A stretch of DNA of 36,631 nucleotides from a virus (Duplodnaviria > Caudoviricetes). Below, in pieces: positions 25,901 through 34,733 of the stretch. Position numbers and translations under genes: made by a program. Position 1 is the stretch's first letter. The number at the start of each line of letters is the position of its first letter. The stretch covers positions 1-36,631 of the IMG/VR virus record IMGVR_UViG_3300030095_001747; one strand, 5' to 3'. A model generated the notes under the pieces. That model was not told where the DNA came from. It saw only the letters and a list, made by a program, of their open reading frames with translations, and made no database searches.

Positions 25901-26585
25901 CAACATTTGTTGCAAAGGTTTCCCAGGTATAAGGTAACTCTAAAGTTTTGTACCAATCTTGCACTTCGGCTTGTATTAAGACTTCACTAGCGCCACCGAT
26001 AATTGCCTCACGAAACATCAATCCATACAATGTTTTTAGACCAGGCATAATCATGCCGGTTCCTATTGTAGATTGAATAACAGGGTCATCTAAAGATCCA
26101 ACAGCTGCACCGGAAAACTGCCCCAACCATTTTCTCCAATCAGTAGATCTTGCAGCAATTTCGTCGTTTTCTTCCGCCCTATTCTGTGCAAGTTTTATTG
26201 CACGATCCATAATAAAATCGTGCGTTAGCTGCTCAAACTCCACACCTAAAGTTTCTGTATTATTTTTTGCAAAATCTATAATTTTATCGACATCATGCCG
26301 ATACTTAAATTGATTTGTACCGCGTGTTGCGCCACCACTAAAAATGCCCTTGTTTAAGTGCCTACCTGGATTAAAAAACTCTTCGCCGGTCTTTCTCTGT
26401 ATCTCGTCGATAAATGGCTGCCAGGCATCTTGCAACATAACGGCACGAGAGTTTGAATTACCTCTTGCTCTTTGATCTTCTCTTGAGGCGCTAAAGTTTT
26501 GCGTAAACGATGATTGTGGCTCTGACGTGCCAGTTAATTTGTCGAGATAAGAACGACTTCTATATTTCTGAAATATTGCGCTCAT
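22938..26585 (-). CDS. Large internal virion protein with ParB-like and zeta-toxin-like P-loop domains
   Basis: VVVYEQADG.FFIADGHQRL (ParB-like); VLGPPAAGKST, IIDSDEAK and VHEES (zeta/P-loop kinase). Confidence 0.8.
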   Translation of the reverse strand: MSAIFQKYRSRSYLDKLTGTSEPQSSFTQNFSASREDQRARGNSNSRAVMLQDAWQPFIDEIQRKTGEEFFNPGRHLNKGIFSGGATRGTNQFKYRHDVDKIIDFAKNNTETLGVEFEQLTHDFIMDRAIKLAQNRAEENDEIAARSTDWRKWLGQFSGAAVGSLDDPVIQSTIGTGMIMPGLKTLYGLMFREAIIGGASEVLIQAEVQDWYKTLELPYTWETFATNVGAAAALSAAFPLAFKVGGDTVKLTASQAKKGYEAIKSAHQSAGQRFSQTADTAADMVDEIENTFANNPINDVDEHLNRMDAVDDAVNEGVLPGINDEPASGVTKAELQKQANPGQFAESLDTVNKEIKEIIEARTLFERQFKEEEEAILKELDDLGQTKELTNDDFFAAYERIEALESKKNLEDAKELLDVLNDAKKGLEASLEAEPEVKPRATINDVVSRFEVEELNVDAKAFQFKEGGDEFGVTERLKDVKTWDPVKAGTVVVYEQADGKFFIADGHQRLGLAKRIKSQDPSQDVFLLGSVLREKDGISREQAMVVAAMKNIAEGTGTVLDAVKVLRGDKKLFGELPPRSALVRMARNIVNIEDDEAFGLFKNGLVSPQQASVVGRMIPDDATMQRAAMNVIAKVKPENDVQTEAVTRQVMDSGTEKVNQESLFGDKIEEESLYFERAKVLDNAIKILQRDKSAFNTIVRNQTKFESAGNKLVRSANEQKIQKDAEAIDLIQTLANRRGQLSDDLTAAARAAKRDGKYAAATDSFVESVRGAVGRGDFFGEIPSNPGRAINAPPENGEVPASAIEQSLETFDVAAGPGSNQQMDQLAADMFQEPPPKTPREAFQSDDELRNDLGRILDEGAEEATIDAHPAVTKAIEEAQSKTDTSTMAGYGTETWETSRVFNTTSLKKMGVDVGEQIQGYADAIAALYRGARNMGWKDDGLDLPQGQYINQNRRAAIVLGPPAAGKSTLANPIARKMNAAIIDSDEAKKLLPEYEGGIGANAVHEESSDLAERVLNLALEFGDNVVIPKVGGSPGSIEKLITKLKEKGYSVDLVDMSVTYSNARNRMFMRFVKTGRLINPDYVRQVGDNPGKTYDTLKQQGKADGYTRIDNNGEIDDGKVLIEDTREVIKDTDIRLRRGGGTRDPESELTESQTASLRDSEEVTDQQLDYEVPVGQVTDPATGDITVVNQTMRQIKDEIDYEEKMIERMGYCVK

Positions 26586-28864
26586 TCTTTAATATTCCCA
26601 AATCCAAGCAAACCTCGTTTTACTTCTTCAGTAAACGCATTTGGAAACTCTCTTTGCATAAGTTCAAGGTTTATGAATACGTTTTCGTCATTTGGATAAC
26701 GTATTATTACTTCGCGCGATTTGTCATAAATGTAGTAATCGTCACCAGAAAAATATTTTAAAACGTAGTCATCATAGCGATTGCGTATATCTAATATTGT
26801 TGCATCCGATAATTTCATCTCCGCATCATCTTCGCGGACAAACTCATTCATCGCAGCTATCATGTTGCTGTTTAAATTATCTAAAAAATTTTCCGCCTCA
26901 TCAGCGGTGATATCGGGCGGCAATAGTGTTTTTGTGTTGCGTACCTCCTGGATCCCTCCTCTTTCGCCCTCTTTTCCTAATACAATATCAATAGACTTTT
27001 CGAACAACTCTCCATCAAAATCAACAAGTCCCCTACCTTTGTAATGGGCCTTTGCTAAATTATACAAGGCCATTTGATCGCGTGGATCCATTGTTTCTAG
27101 CAAATTCATACCATCGTCGTCGGTAATAAATGTTGTAAATATTTGCATTATATTTTGTTCTGTTTCACCGGTTATTTTCAACCCAGCGTCGAACTCTTCC
27201 ATGCCTTTCATAATTGATGATGCTGCCTCGTTACGATTAGCATTTACTAATGCTCCCAAAGCCGATATTTCGTTTGCGTCTTTTTCACCCATTTGCAGAA
27301 ATACATCAGCTGCTGCACCGCCCCAGGCTTTTTGAAAGTCAGACATAAATGCAAGTTTTACATTTGGATTTACATCTTTTTTCTTTATAAATCGTGCAAA
27401 AGATTTTACCTCGTTTTTTGTAAGATATTGCGGCACTGCCAATCCATAATGCTCAGCTACTGTTTCTGCATTAAGATTTCTTTTTAAAATATTATTCGGA
27501 TCAAAATTTCCTTCCTCATCAAATAGGTTTTCGACCGGCTCTTCGACTAATCCGTTATCTATTCCCCATTGTAAACCATCGTCTTTGAGCGCTTTTTGCA
27601 TCTTACTCGCTCTGTTTGTAAGATAATTCAATGCTTTTTGCTCGGCTGCCGTATCCATACCAGCGCCGCCAAAACCCTCTGCACCCTCTTTAAAATCTTT
27701 TATAACAGTGTTAAGACCATCTACATCAGCTGATCGCACTGTTGCTGCCACTGTACTAACAAGCGCAAGCTCGTTTCTTTTATCCTTAAATGATGGTGCA
27801 ATACTTGGATCTTTAAGAATTAAGTCATCCATATTTGACAAAACATTTGAAACTGCTTCACTGTCGGCTTTACCCTCTAGTTCCATTTGTGACAACAATG
27901 TATCCGTTTGATTCAATAACAAAGATTTCATGCTATTCAGCTGTGACTTTTTTGCTTTCTCCTCAAATCCTGGGCCGTATATCGACGCGATATCTGTTGC
28001 CGACGTTTTAAGTACACTGGCTAACTCATCATCGTCTAGCTGCGTAAGTCTTTTATATAACTCCTCTGCACCAGCCAAACCACGCGATGCAAGCGTTTGA
28101 CCAGCTTCTACATTGCCAAGAACTAGCTCTCCTTTTCTGCCGTCACGAATAGCGTTACGTATAGCCGTGAGTGTTGTTATCTCAGATCCGCGCTGGTCTG
28201 CAATAAACTTAGTAAGCGCATTACGTGTCGCGCCTAACTCCATTGCTTTTATTGTTTCGTTTACCTTTGTCTTGCTTGCGCCGGTTTGTGAAACATAACC
28301 ATTCGTAAATACTTTGATGTCACTTGTTATCCTGGCACGATCATAAGCATCAAGACTAGGATCGCTTAACTGTCTTTCGCCCTGGACAAGTTTCGCGCTG
28401 TAGTTATTCGCACTTGCTATTTGTATCTGTCGATCGACCTGGTTGCGCAGCTGGAACCTATGCTTTAGTTCTAGCTGGCTAAATCGTGTATTAAAATAGT
28501 TTTGGCTATATTCGTCTTTGCCTACATTCTTTCTTAGCTGCTCTTTAACACTATTAGACCCACTCATCCATCGTGGATTATCTCCATCTAGTATGTTGTT
28601 GTAATCGCGCGTTTTTTCTAAATCGTTTCGTAACTTAAATAGCGCCTCCTCCGCTGCAATATCGGCCTCGGCTAGTAAATTGTTTCGTACTGTTTTATAG
28701 CGTTCTTTTGCGTATTCCCCGACTTCATCAGCAAACGCACTGAAAGGACTAGCTTTTGCTAACTCTGTTTGTGCTGCAAGCTGTACGTTTTTACGCGCCG
28801 TTATAGATCGACCAGGCGCTTCACTGGTTGCCCTGGTTTGCGCGGTGTATAATGGTATTCGCAT
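26582..28864 (-). CDS. Internal virion protein (760 aa)
   Basis: MRIPLY start, helical composition, ejectosome position. Confidence 0.75.
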   Translation of the reverse strand: MRIPLYTAQTRATSEAPGRSITARKNVQLAAQTELAKASPFSAFADEVGEYAKERYKTVRNNLLAEADIAAEEALFKLRNDLEKTRDYNNILDGDNPRWMSGSNSVKEQLRKNVGKDEYSQNYFNTRFSQLELKHRFQLRNQVDRQIQIASANNYSAKLVQGERQLSDPSLDAYDRARITSDIKVFTNGYVSQTGASKTKVNETIKAMELGATRNALTKFIADQRGSEITTLTAIRNAIRDGRKGELVLGNVEAGQTLASRGLAGAEELYKRLTQLDDDELASVLKTSATDIASIYGPGFEEKAKKSQLNSMKSLLLNQTDTLLSQMELEGKADSEAVSNVLSNMDDLILKDPSIAPSFKDKRNELALVSTVAATVRSADVDGLNTVIKDFKEGAEGFGGAGMDTAAEQKALNYLTNRASKMQKALKDDGLQWGIDNGLVEEPVENLFDEEGNFDPNNILKRNLNAETVAEHYGLAVPQYLTKNEVKSFARFIKKKDVNPNVKLAFMSDFQKAWGGAAADVFLQMGEKDANEISALGALVNANRNEAASSIMKGMEEFDAGLKITGETEQNIMQIFTTFITDDDGMNLLETMDPRDQMALYNLAKAHYKGRGLVDFDGELFEKSIDIVLGKEGERGGIQEVRNTKTLLPPDITADEAENFLDNLNSNMIAAMNEFVREDDAEMKLSDATILDIRNRYDDYVLKYFSGDDYYIYDKSREVIIRYPNDENVFINLELMQREFPNAFTEEVKRGLLGFGNIKE

Positions 28865-28871
28865 TTATCAC

Positions 28872-29387
28872 CTATGATGCTAGTGTTCGCGCAGCAGATC
28901 CAAAACTCGATATTAGACTTGCCGTACCTTGCGCGCGTAAACTTGCAGCGGCAGATCCGCCCTCCATACGTGCAAGCTCCGCATTTAGCCGGGCATTTTC
29001 TTGCGCGTCATCTATCTGCATGTTTGTTACGTCGTTGTTGAACTTGTCGTTATCGAGTTCAAATTTCATTTCCCTGGCGTTTTTTCTAAGAGTATAGATC
29101 GGTGTACCCTCGGCTATATCAATTCCACCATAGGCATAGTTTGCTTTTACTTCGCCCTGGACAGATTTAAAACTTTCTTTCTTACGATCGTTGCTTACAC
29201 CAAAGTTTGCGTTGACGAATTGCCGTTGCTTTTCTAGCAAATCAACGTCGCGCTCGATAATGGTTGCGTTAAAGTTTGCTGCTTGCTGTGCAGCTGCCGC
29301 CGCATTATCGGCTGCTTGTTTATCGTTTATGCCGCCAAGAATACTTGATCCAGCAGCTACTAAATTAAATACTGTTAAGAAATCCAA
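28872..29387 (-). CDS. Internal virion protein (T7 gp14-like, Ala-rich)
   Basis: Position after the nozzle gene; Ala/Gly-rich hydrophobic termini. Confidence 0.7.
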   Translation of the reverse strand: MDFLTVFNLVAAGSSILGGINDKQAADNAAAAAQQAANFNATIIERDVDLLEKQRQFVNANFGVSNDRKKESFKSVQGEVKANYAYGGIDIAEGTPIYTLRKNAREMKFELDNDKFNNDVTNMQIDDAQENARLNAELARMEGGSAAASLRAQGTASLISSFGSAARTLAS

Positions 29388-29395
29388 TGTTTTAC

Positions 29396-31402
29396 CTATA
29401 CATCAAAAGTGTTCATACGCGCATACAATGCCAGGACAGTAAGAGGCAAAGGCTGGCTTTGCGCCACAAAAATACGATCGTCTTCCTCAAAACCACCGGC
29501 AAACTCAATATCTTTATCACCGGTAAATAGACTAACCGCTTGATCCATTGCCATGCTGCTATCCCGAAAAGGCACACGATCGACATCGCCCGAGGACGAA
29601 CCAACCTCTAGTCCAACTGTTCTAAATAAACGCAGCGTAATGTGATGAATACGTTTAGGCTTACCCTGGCTCGTGCCATCGACGGATCCGCTTTCTAGTC
29701 TAAGTGTCTGTAAATTAGACGTGTATCCCAATCCTACCGCTGCCGTTGTTGCCGATACATCTAAACTTATAGTGCCGCTGCTAACAGCTTTGTCGGCATG
29801 CGATCCACCATTACCAAGTATGCTTACTGTTTGGCCCTCCAGGTGATGCAATGCTCCTAGTGATGTTACAGCGCTTCCGCTGTAGGTCAGACCGCTATCA
29901 ACAAAAAATGCTGACGTTGCTGACGTACCAAAATCAAACAGTTTTAGACGCTCGACATAGCGCTTTGTTACTGAATTGATAGTTCTCTTGACTATCATGT
30001 ATAACTCATCTTCGCCGGTATCTGTTGGCAATGTGGCTATGCTTTCGACCACTGCATTACCGGTACTGAACACACCGCCTATTGTGTGCTTATGCCAGGC
30101 AACAACTTGTTCCTCTCGACGATAGGTAAGACCCAGCAAGACACCATCGGATCGTAAGGCCCACACAACGCTATCTGGTTCTTGCTGATACGCAAACTCT
30201 GTTATGCCGCCCTCTGTTATATGCTCCGCTAATATCGTCATATCCGGGGCCGTGTAGCCGCTGGTATCGACATCTCCTACAAATCGAAACTCACGTACCT
30301 TTCTATTGCCGCGTTGTAGAAACAAAGTAACGTCTGCAACTTGTACCGGATCCGCGTTAGCTGATCCATAATTACTATACTTACGAATAAGTGTTGTTGT
30401 CGGTGTTATAGGGCCGTCATTGGTTGTACTGACCACATACTCACCGCCCGACGTACCCACAGTTAGAACGCGCGTAGCTGTTAGAAATCGTATTGCGTTT
30501 ACCTGGTTGCTAGCAATCGTGTAGATCAGCGCATCATCGGCATTACTGCCGGCTGTAAAATTAGTATAATCCGCTGTTTTAGAAAACCATATTGTCTGTG
30601 GGTTGTTGTTTGTATTGGCAAACACAAGCCGTTGTTCAAAGAAACTAACAACACTAGGATAGTTATCACTAGAGTTATTTAAATTAGGACTAGGCGAACC
30701 GCTTATCGAGGGAGTCGCAAAGCTCCATGTCGTGTGTGCTGACCTGGTTAATGTGCGTATCGCATAACTAGGATGCACGATATACATTGTATCGGCGCTT
30801 TGTGCAAAACGTAATGTCGGTAGATCTGCTTCCGGATAAGGTGTTGCCACTTCAAATATCTCGTTGACGTTACCGGCGCTGGCATACGCTGTAAAACTTG
30901 TTGTATTGATCGCGTTACCAAATAGATCGGTTAGCGTAAATGTATTCGTTGTAGAATTAGCGACTTTGTAATTACGTGTATTTAACTCTGTCATACCAAC
31001 GATTGAGTCTATAAATACCTCATCGCCGTTACTGTATCCATGCGAGTTGGATGTAATAACACCAGGACTAGCTTGTGTAATAGCGCTTATAGTTTTTGTT
31101 GTGGCCGATAATACTTGCAATCCGTTGCGATAAACACGCATGATCTGCTCACCAAACTCAAGAATATACGTATCCGTTGTCTTGAACTGAAAAGGAATTA
31201 AGCGCGTCTTAACGCTGCTTGTTTTAACTTCTCCTAGAAACTCTGTACCTGGACGACGTGCAACACCGCCATGCGGCATAGACACCATGTTTGTTAGATC
31301 CGATAATCCCTCTCTATATTTTTCTATATTTATTCTGCCCTCTAGCCTGGGAGATAGTTCTCCAGCCGTAAAGGATTGTATAGCTGGCGCTGATCGTGCC
31401 AT
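29396..31402 (-). CDS. Tail tubular protein B (nozzle)
   Basis: SFTAGELSP..GR, GG..RRPGT, QSAD, FFEQRL and V.AWH.H motifs. Confidence 0.9.
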   Translation of the reverse strand: MARSAPAIQSFTAGELSPRLEGRINIEKYREGLSDLTNMVSMPHGGVARRPGTEFLGEVKTSSVKTRLIPFQFKTTDTYILEFGEQIMRVYRNGLQVLSATTKTISAITQASPGVITSNSHGYSNGDEVFIDSIVGMTELNTRNYKVANSTTNTFTLTDLFGNAINTTSFTAYASAGNVNEIFEVATPYPEADLPTLRFAQSADTMYIVHPSYAIRTLTRSAHTTWSFATPSISGSPSPNLNNSSDNYPSVVSFFEQRLVFANTNNNPQTIWFSKTADYTNFTAGSNADDALIYTIASNQVNAIRFLTATRVLTVGTSGGEYVVSTTNDGPITPTTTLIRKYSNYGSANADPVQVADVTLFLQRGNRKVREFRFVGDVDTSGYTAPDMTILAEHITEGGITEFAYQQEPDSVVWALRSDGVLLGLTYRREEQVVAWHKHTIGGVFSTGNAVVESIATLPTDTGEDELYMIVKRTINSVTKRYVERLKLFDFGTSATSAFFVDSGLTYSGSAVTSLGALHHLEGQTVSILGNGGSHADKAVSSGTISLDVSATTAAVGLGYTSNLQTLRLESGSVDGTSQGKPKRIHHITLRLFRTVGLEVGSSSGDVDRVPFRDSSMAMDQAVSLFTGDKDIEFAGGFEEDDRIFVAQSQPLPLTVLALYARMNTFDV

Positions 31403-32007
31403 TATAACCTCGATTCAATAAGATCACTTGCCTCAATACGCTGTGGCGCTCCCTCTGTTGCATCGATAAATCTAGCCTCACGCAATCGCTCGTCGTATAA
31501 AACTTTTTGCAGCTGCACTACTGTTGTCGATCCGGTTAGCGCATAGGCTATAGAATAAGCAAGTCGTGCTGATAATGTGCCTATCAATCCAGCATCATAT
31601 TCGTTTGGATCCTCAGATCGTGATACAAACTTAATCTTTGCAGTATCTTCGTCCGTTAGCAGCTTTCGGCCCTCTATCACAAAGACGCTGCCGCCGGTAT
31701 TGTTTGTTAGATTATCGAAAGGATATGTTGACGTGCCATTACTAAACTCAAGAACACGCAAGCAAAATGGATCCGTCGGTAACGTATAAGAATTACTATA
31801 GCCATAAGTAGGGCCGGTCGTATCTTTTGCTAGATCGGCCCTCTTAATTAAACAGTTCCAGGGGTGAGCGCGAAATGTTTCATTCCGGACGTTTGCATAG
31901 ACTTGACTAATAACACGCGCTGCTTTGGAGTTCTCATCCAGCGCTGTAATATTGGTCGCCCCAATCGCGTTTAGCGCATTATTAGCTATTTCTACTACAC
32001 TCGACAT
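31402..32007 (-). CDS. Tail tubular protein A (adaptor)
   Basis: I.N.AL..IG, HPWN and YTLP.D..LRV motifs. Confidence 0.9.
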   Translation of the reverse strand: MSSVVEIANNALNAIGATNITALDENSKAARVISQVYANVRNETFRAHPWNCLIKRADLAKDTTGPTYGYSNSYTLPTDPFCLRVLEFSNGTSTYPFDNLTNNTGGSVFVIEGRKLLTDEDTAKIKFVSRSEDPNEYDAGLIGTLSARLAYSIAYALTGSTTVVQLQKVLYDERLREARFIDATEGAPQRIEASDLIESRL

Positions 32008-32026
32008 AGATCACCCCTGGTTGAAT

Positions 32027-32530
32027 TTAGGTTACGACATACTCAATCATAAAGGAGAGATCGCCGGCAGTGTCACCAGCGGCATCAAACAACAGACCGA
32101 TATTGTAGTATCCGCCTGGATCGCTTGATTGCCCGGCATCTTCCCAGACTCTCTGACCCATTGTATTGATATTTCTCGCCTCGAAAGCTACTTCTGTTCC
32201 GGTTGTAACCGCTGCACGTAAATCAGTGATAGCGCTTGCATAAGCGTCATCATCGACAGCTGTTACATTACCATCCGCAGAATATAGTCCTACGTCGCAC
32301 GTATTTGTAGAACCACTATCCAGGTCGTCATTGAATAGCTTGATGCTGATAACACTCGCGTTTGTTGGAATTGGCGCAAGCATTACAGTATCAGTAGCAC
32401 TAAGATCACCGGCAGCAAGAGCAACAGTACCCTGTATAACTCTCTTGATTCCGTGATGCTGTCGTGCTGGATTCATAACCTGGGGATCAGCTTCAAAGTT
32501 ACTTACTAATGTTGAATTTTTATTAGCCAT
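32027..32530 (-). CDS. Capsid-associated/decoration-like structural protein
   Basis: Beta-rich 167-aa ORF directly after the MCP. Confidence 0.7.
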   Translation of the reverse strand: MANKNSTLVSNFEADPQVMNPARQHHGIKRVIQGTVALAAGDLSATDTVMLAPIPTNASVISIKLFNDDLDSGSTNTCDVGLYSADGNVTAVDDDAYASAITDLRAAVTTGTEVAFEARNINTMGQRVWEDAGQSSDPGGYYNIGLLFDAAGDTAGDLSFMIEYVVT

Positions 32531-32543
32531 GATCTAGCCCCCC

Positions 32544-33603
32544 TTATTCGTTACAAGCTATTTCTATTACCATCTCTTCTTGCATCCTGGATGCACCAAA
32601 AGTTGAACAGTAATAGATTTGTGTTGAATAGGATTTATCTGGACGAGGATCTATCTTTGCAGTCACATCCTTTCCCAATGCCATTACTACACCTTCACGC
32701 GCATACGCATAGCATAGTCGTGATGTACCATCGTCTTTTAAACGATTGGATGTAATAAATTTAAATCCCATGAATGAATCAACAGTTCCGTTTACTAGCG
32801 CCTTTCGTACCATCTACGGCTTTCGCCGCCGCTTTCGCGTTTGTGGTCTGGACTTTATCTTTACCCACAACTGAATGTTTGGGTATCCCCTGTCAAGTCT
32901 CTACACCTTCCTATTTCTAGGCTTGGCTCGGTATTACCATTTTAAAGGCTTCACCGAATTTAAGGGAGTTTCGTCTAAGTGTTTCCACTTAGATAGGCAA
33001 AGTGTTTACCGAGTTAAAATCCGCTGACGTTACTGAAGTTGTGTTGAGTAGATCCTCGATCTGCTCGGGAGATACAACAATATATCTCTCGATTGAGGGA
33101 TCAACACTGTTTTGATCCATTATTTTTTTAGCACTAATTAGCTTAGCGATTGTCAAACCGGCACTGCCATGCACGATTTTCTGACCACTAGGCAACGCTG
33201 TGCTAGTTCCACCGGACACACCAGTTTTGGCTGTACCGCCTAAAGCATCAATGATTTCATCATCCATTGCTCTGCCGATAGCTGCCGCTGCTGCCTTGCC
33301 GTATGTGGACTCTGGAGAGATAAGCATACGTATCTTATCCTGGTCATCGACTAAATCCGCATATTCATAGTCGGACATCGTGACCATTCTCCTCGCGTGA
33401 GGAGTATCCATAATTGGTGTTGACGCATGCCGGCTAGCTCTCTTTTGCGCCACTGCCGAACCGATCTGTTCGAAAAAGGCTTTCTCGCCGTTAACAGTTT
33501 CTTGTCGTACAGAATTACGCAGTAATGAACCCATTTGCTGCGATAATAACTGTATGTTTTGAGAAAACTGATTAACGAAAGCCGTAGTGATTTGTGTACT
33601 CAT
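32544..33603 (-). CDS. Major capsid protein, two exons (33603-33008 and 32805-32544), 285 aa after splicing
   Basis: Joining TCG GT|A AAG GCG gives SADFNSVKALVNGTVDSFMGFKF, a continuous MCP motif. The spliced length of 858 nt is in frame. Confidence 0.93.
32806..33007 (-). ncRNA. Group I self-splicing intron (202 nt, IC3-like core, no ORF)
   Basis: 5' exon ends in U with a U-G pair in P1; terminal G; P3/P7 pseudoknot; conserved AAUUCGGUGAA, CCGAGCCAAGC, GAAGGUGUAGAGACU and AAAGUCCAG; four GAAA tetraloops. Confidence 0.93.
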
Positions 33604-33697
33604 AATAAGTACCTCCGTTAATTTAAGTTAAAATTGAAGCTGGGTTGTCTTAATAATAAGGCCCATATAGATAGTTTGACCTGGAAGGATCCTAAGA

Positions 33698-34522
33698 TTA
33701 CCCCTCATCAAGTTCTGGATATAGCTGCTCGTTAAGTGCCAAAACACGCTGTACGTAGGTTTCATGCTCTGGATGTTGACTACTCCAATAAGGTGAACCG
33801 GTAACCATTAACTCGCGTTTTTCTTTCTCGAGTTCTGCCGGTGTACTAATCTGCTCACTTGTGGGGCCGCCCAGGGCATCTTCGCTTATCTGGTCAGCTA
33901 TAGTGGCAAACATTCTTATAATCTGTGGGTTATCGCCTAGCAGTGTTCCGTCGGATAGCTCGATGCTCTCCATAATCTCATCGCTGCCTAACAGACTAAC
34001 AACTGCCGATCTTGCTCTCTCGAGCTTTTGCGGCATTGCGTTGCCCCACTCTTGTTCGAGTTCTGCACGATTATCATTAACAATTTGCTGTGCAGAATAT
34101 TCGTTTTGTGATTGCGCTTGTGTAAAGGTATCCTTTAGAAAATCAACAACCTTGCTTGCCTGGTTAGTGCTTAAACCATTAGCCAGCGCTGTTTCCTTAA
34201 ATGCGCTTTGTTCTTCATCCGTGAATAAATCCGGAAAACTAATTTCATATCCCGATACATCCGCCGGTGATCCGAGCTTTCTATAGACTTCTAGCCGCTC
34301 ATCATCGGTGGCATGCTTGCCAGGAATTGCTACTTTATCCGCTCCTATCATGCGCTGTGCATGCATATAGGATTTCGCCAGGCCATTAACGTCCTGGAAA
34401 TTTGCAAATATAGGGTTGCCTTTAAACTCGTCGCCTAGTGTATCGGTAAACGCGACCGGAGTTTCTTGTGCTACTGTTTCTTGAGATTGAGTATCCTCAA
34501 TTACCTCTGCTGTTTCATTCAC
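33698..34522 (-). CDS. Capsid scaffolding protein (start may be 34517)
   Basis: LAKSY...MIG, LG.P, EWG and PYW...HP.H motifs; acidic; precedes the MCP. Confidence 0.85.
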   Translation of the reverse strand: MNETAEVIEDTQSQETVAQETPVAFTDTLGDEFKGNPIFANFQDVNGLAKSYMHAQRMIGADKVAIPGKHATDDERLEVYRKLGSPADVSGYEISFPDLFTDEEQSAFKETALANGLSTNQASKVVDFLKDTFTQAQSQNEYSAQQIVNDNRAELEQEWGNAMPQKLERARSAVVSLLGSDEIMESIELSDGTLLGDNPQIIRMFATIADQISEDALGGPTSEQISTPAELEKEKRELMVTGSPYWSSQHPEHETYVQRVLALNEQLYPELDEG

Positions 34523-34733
34523 TGTTAAGATCCTTTCTTTCTTCTAACATTCTTAAAATTAAGAGGATTGCATTGCGCTGCCCCTCATAGAACGCACTTT
34601 CATGGGGATCGCCCGGAACGTGCGTACTCTTGTATAGACCAAGCCTTTTTTTAAGGTCGTCTAAAACTTTTTCGCCATCCTCCGTTGTAAATGTGGCGCG
34701 ATATATACGTTGTAAATCTTCTATCTCCATCAT
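34515..34733 (-). CDS. Bbp19-like small head protein
   Basis: F...DG..VL.DL and AF.EGQR motifs; lies between portal and scaffold. Confidence 0.8.
   Translation of the reverse strand: MMEIEDLQRIYRATFTTEDGEKVLDDLKKRLGLYKSTHVPGDPHESAFYEGQRNAILLILRMLEERKDLNSE

Noticed and set aside
32815-32840. GAAA-capped hairpins as terminators
   Set aside because: They lack U-tracts and are the P9 elements of the intron.
32544-33603. MCP as a pseudogene, programmed frameshift or two separate genes
   Set aside because: The 202-nt gap has a complete group I fold, and its removal restores the frame and the conserved motif exactly.
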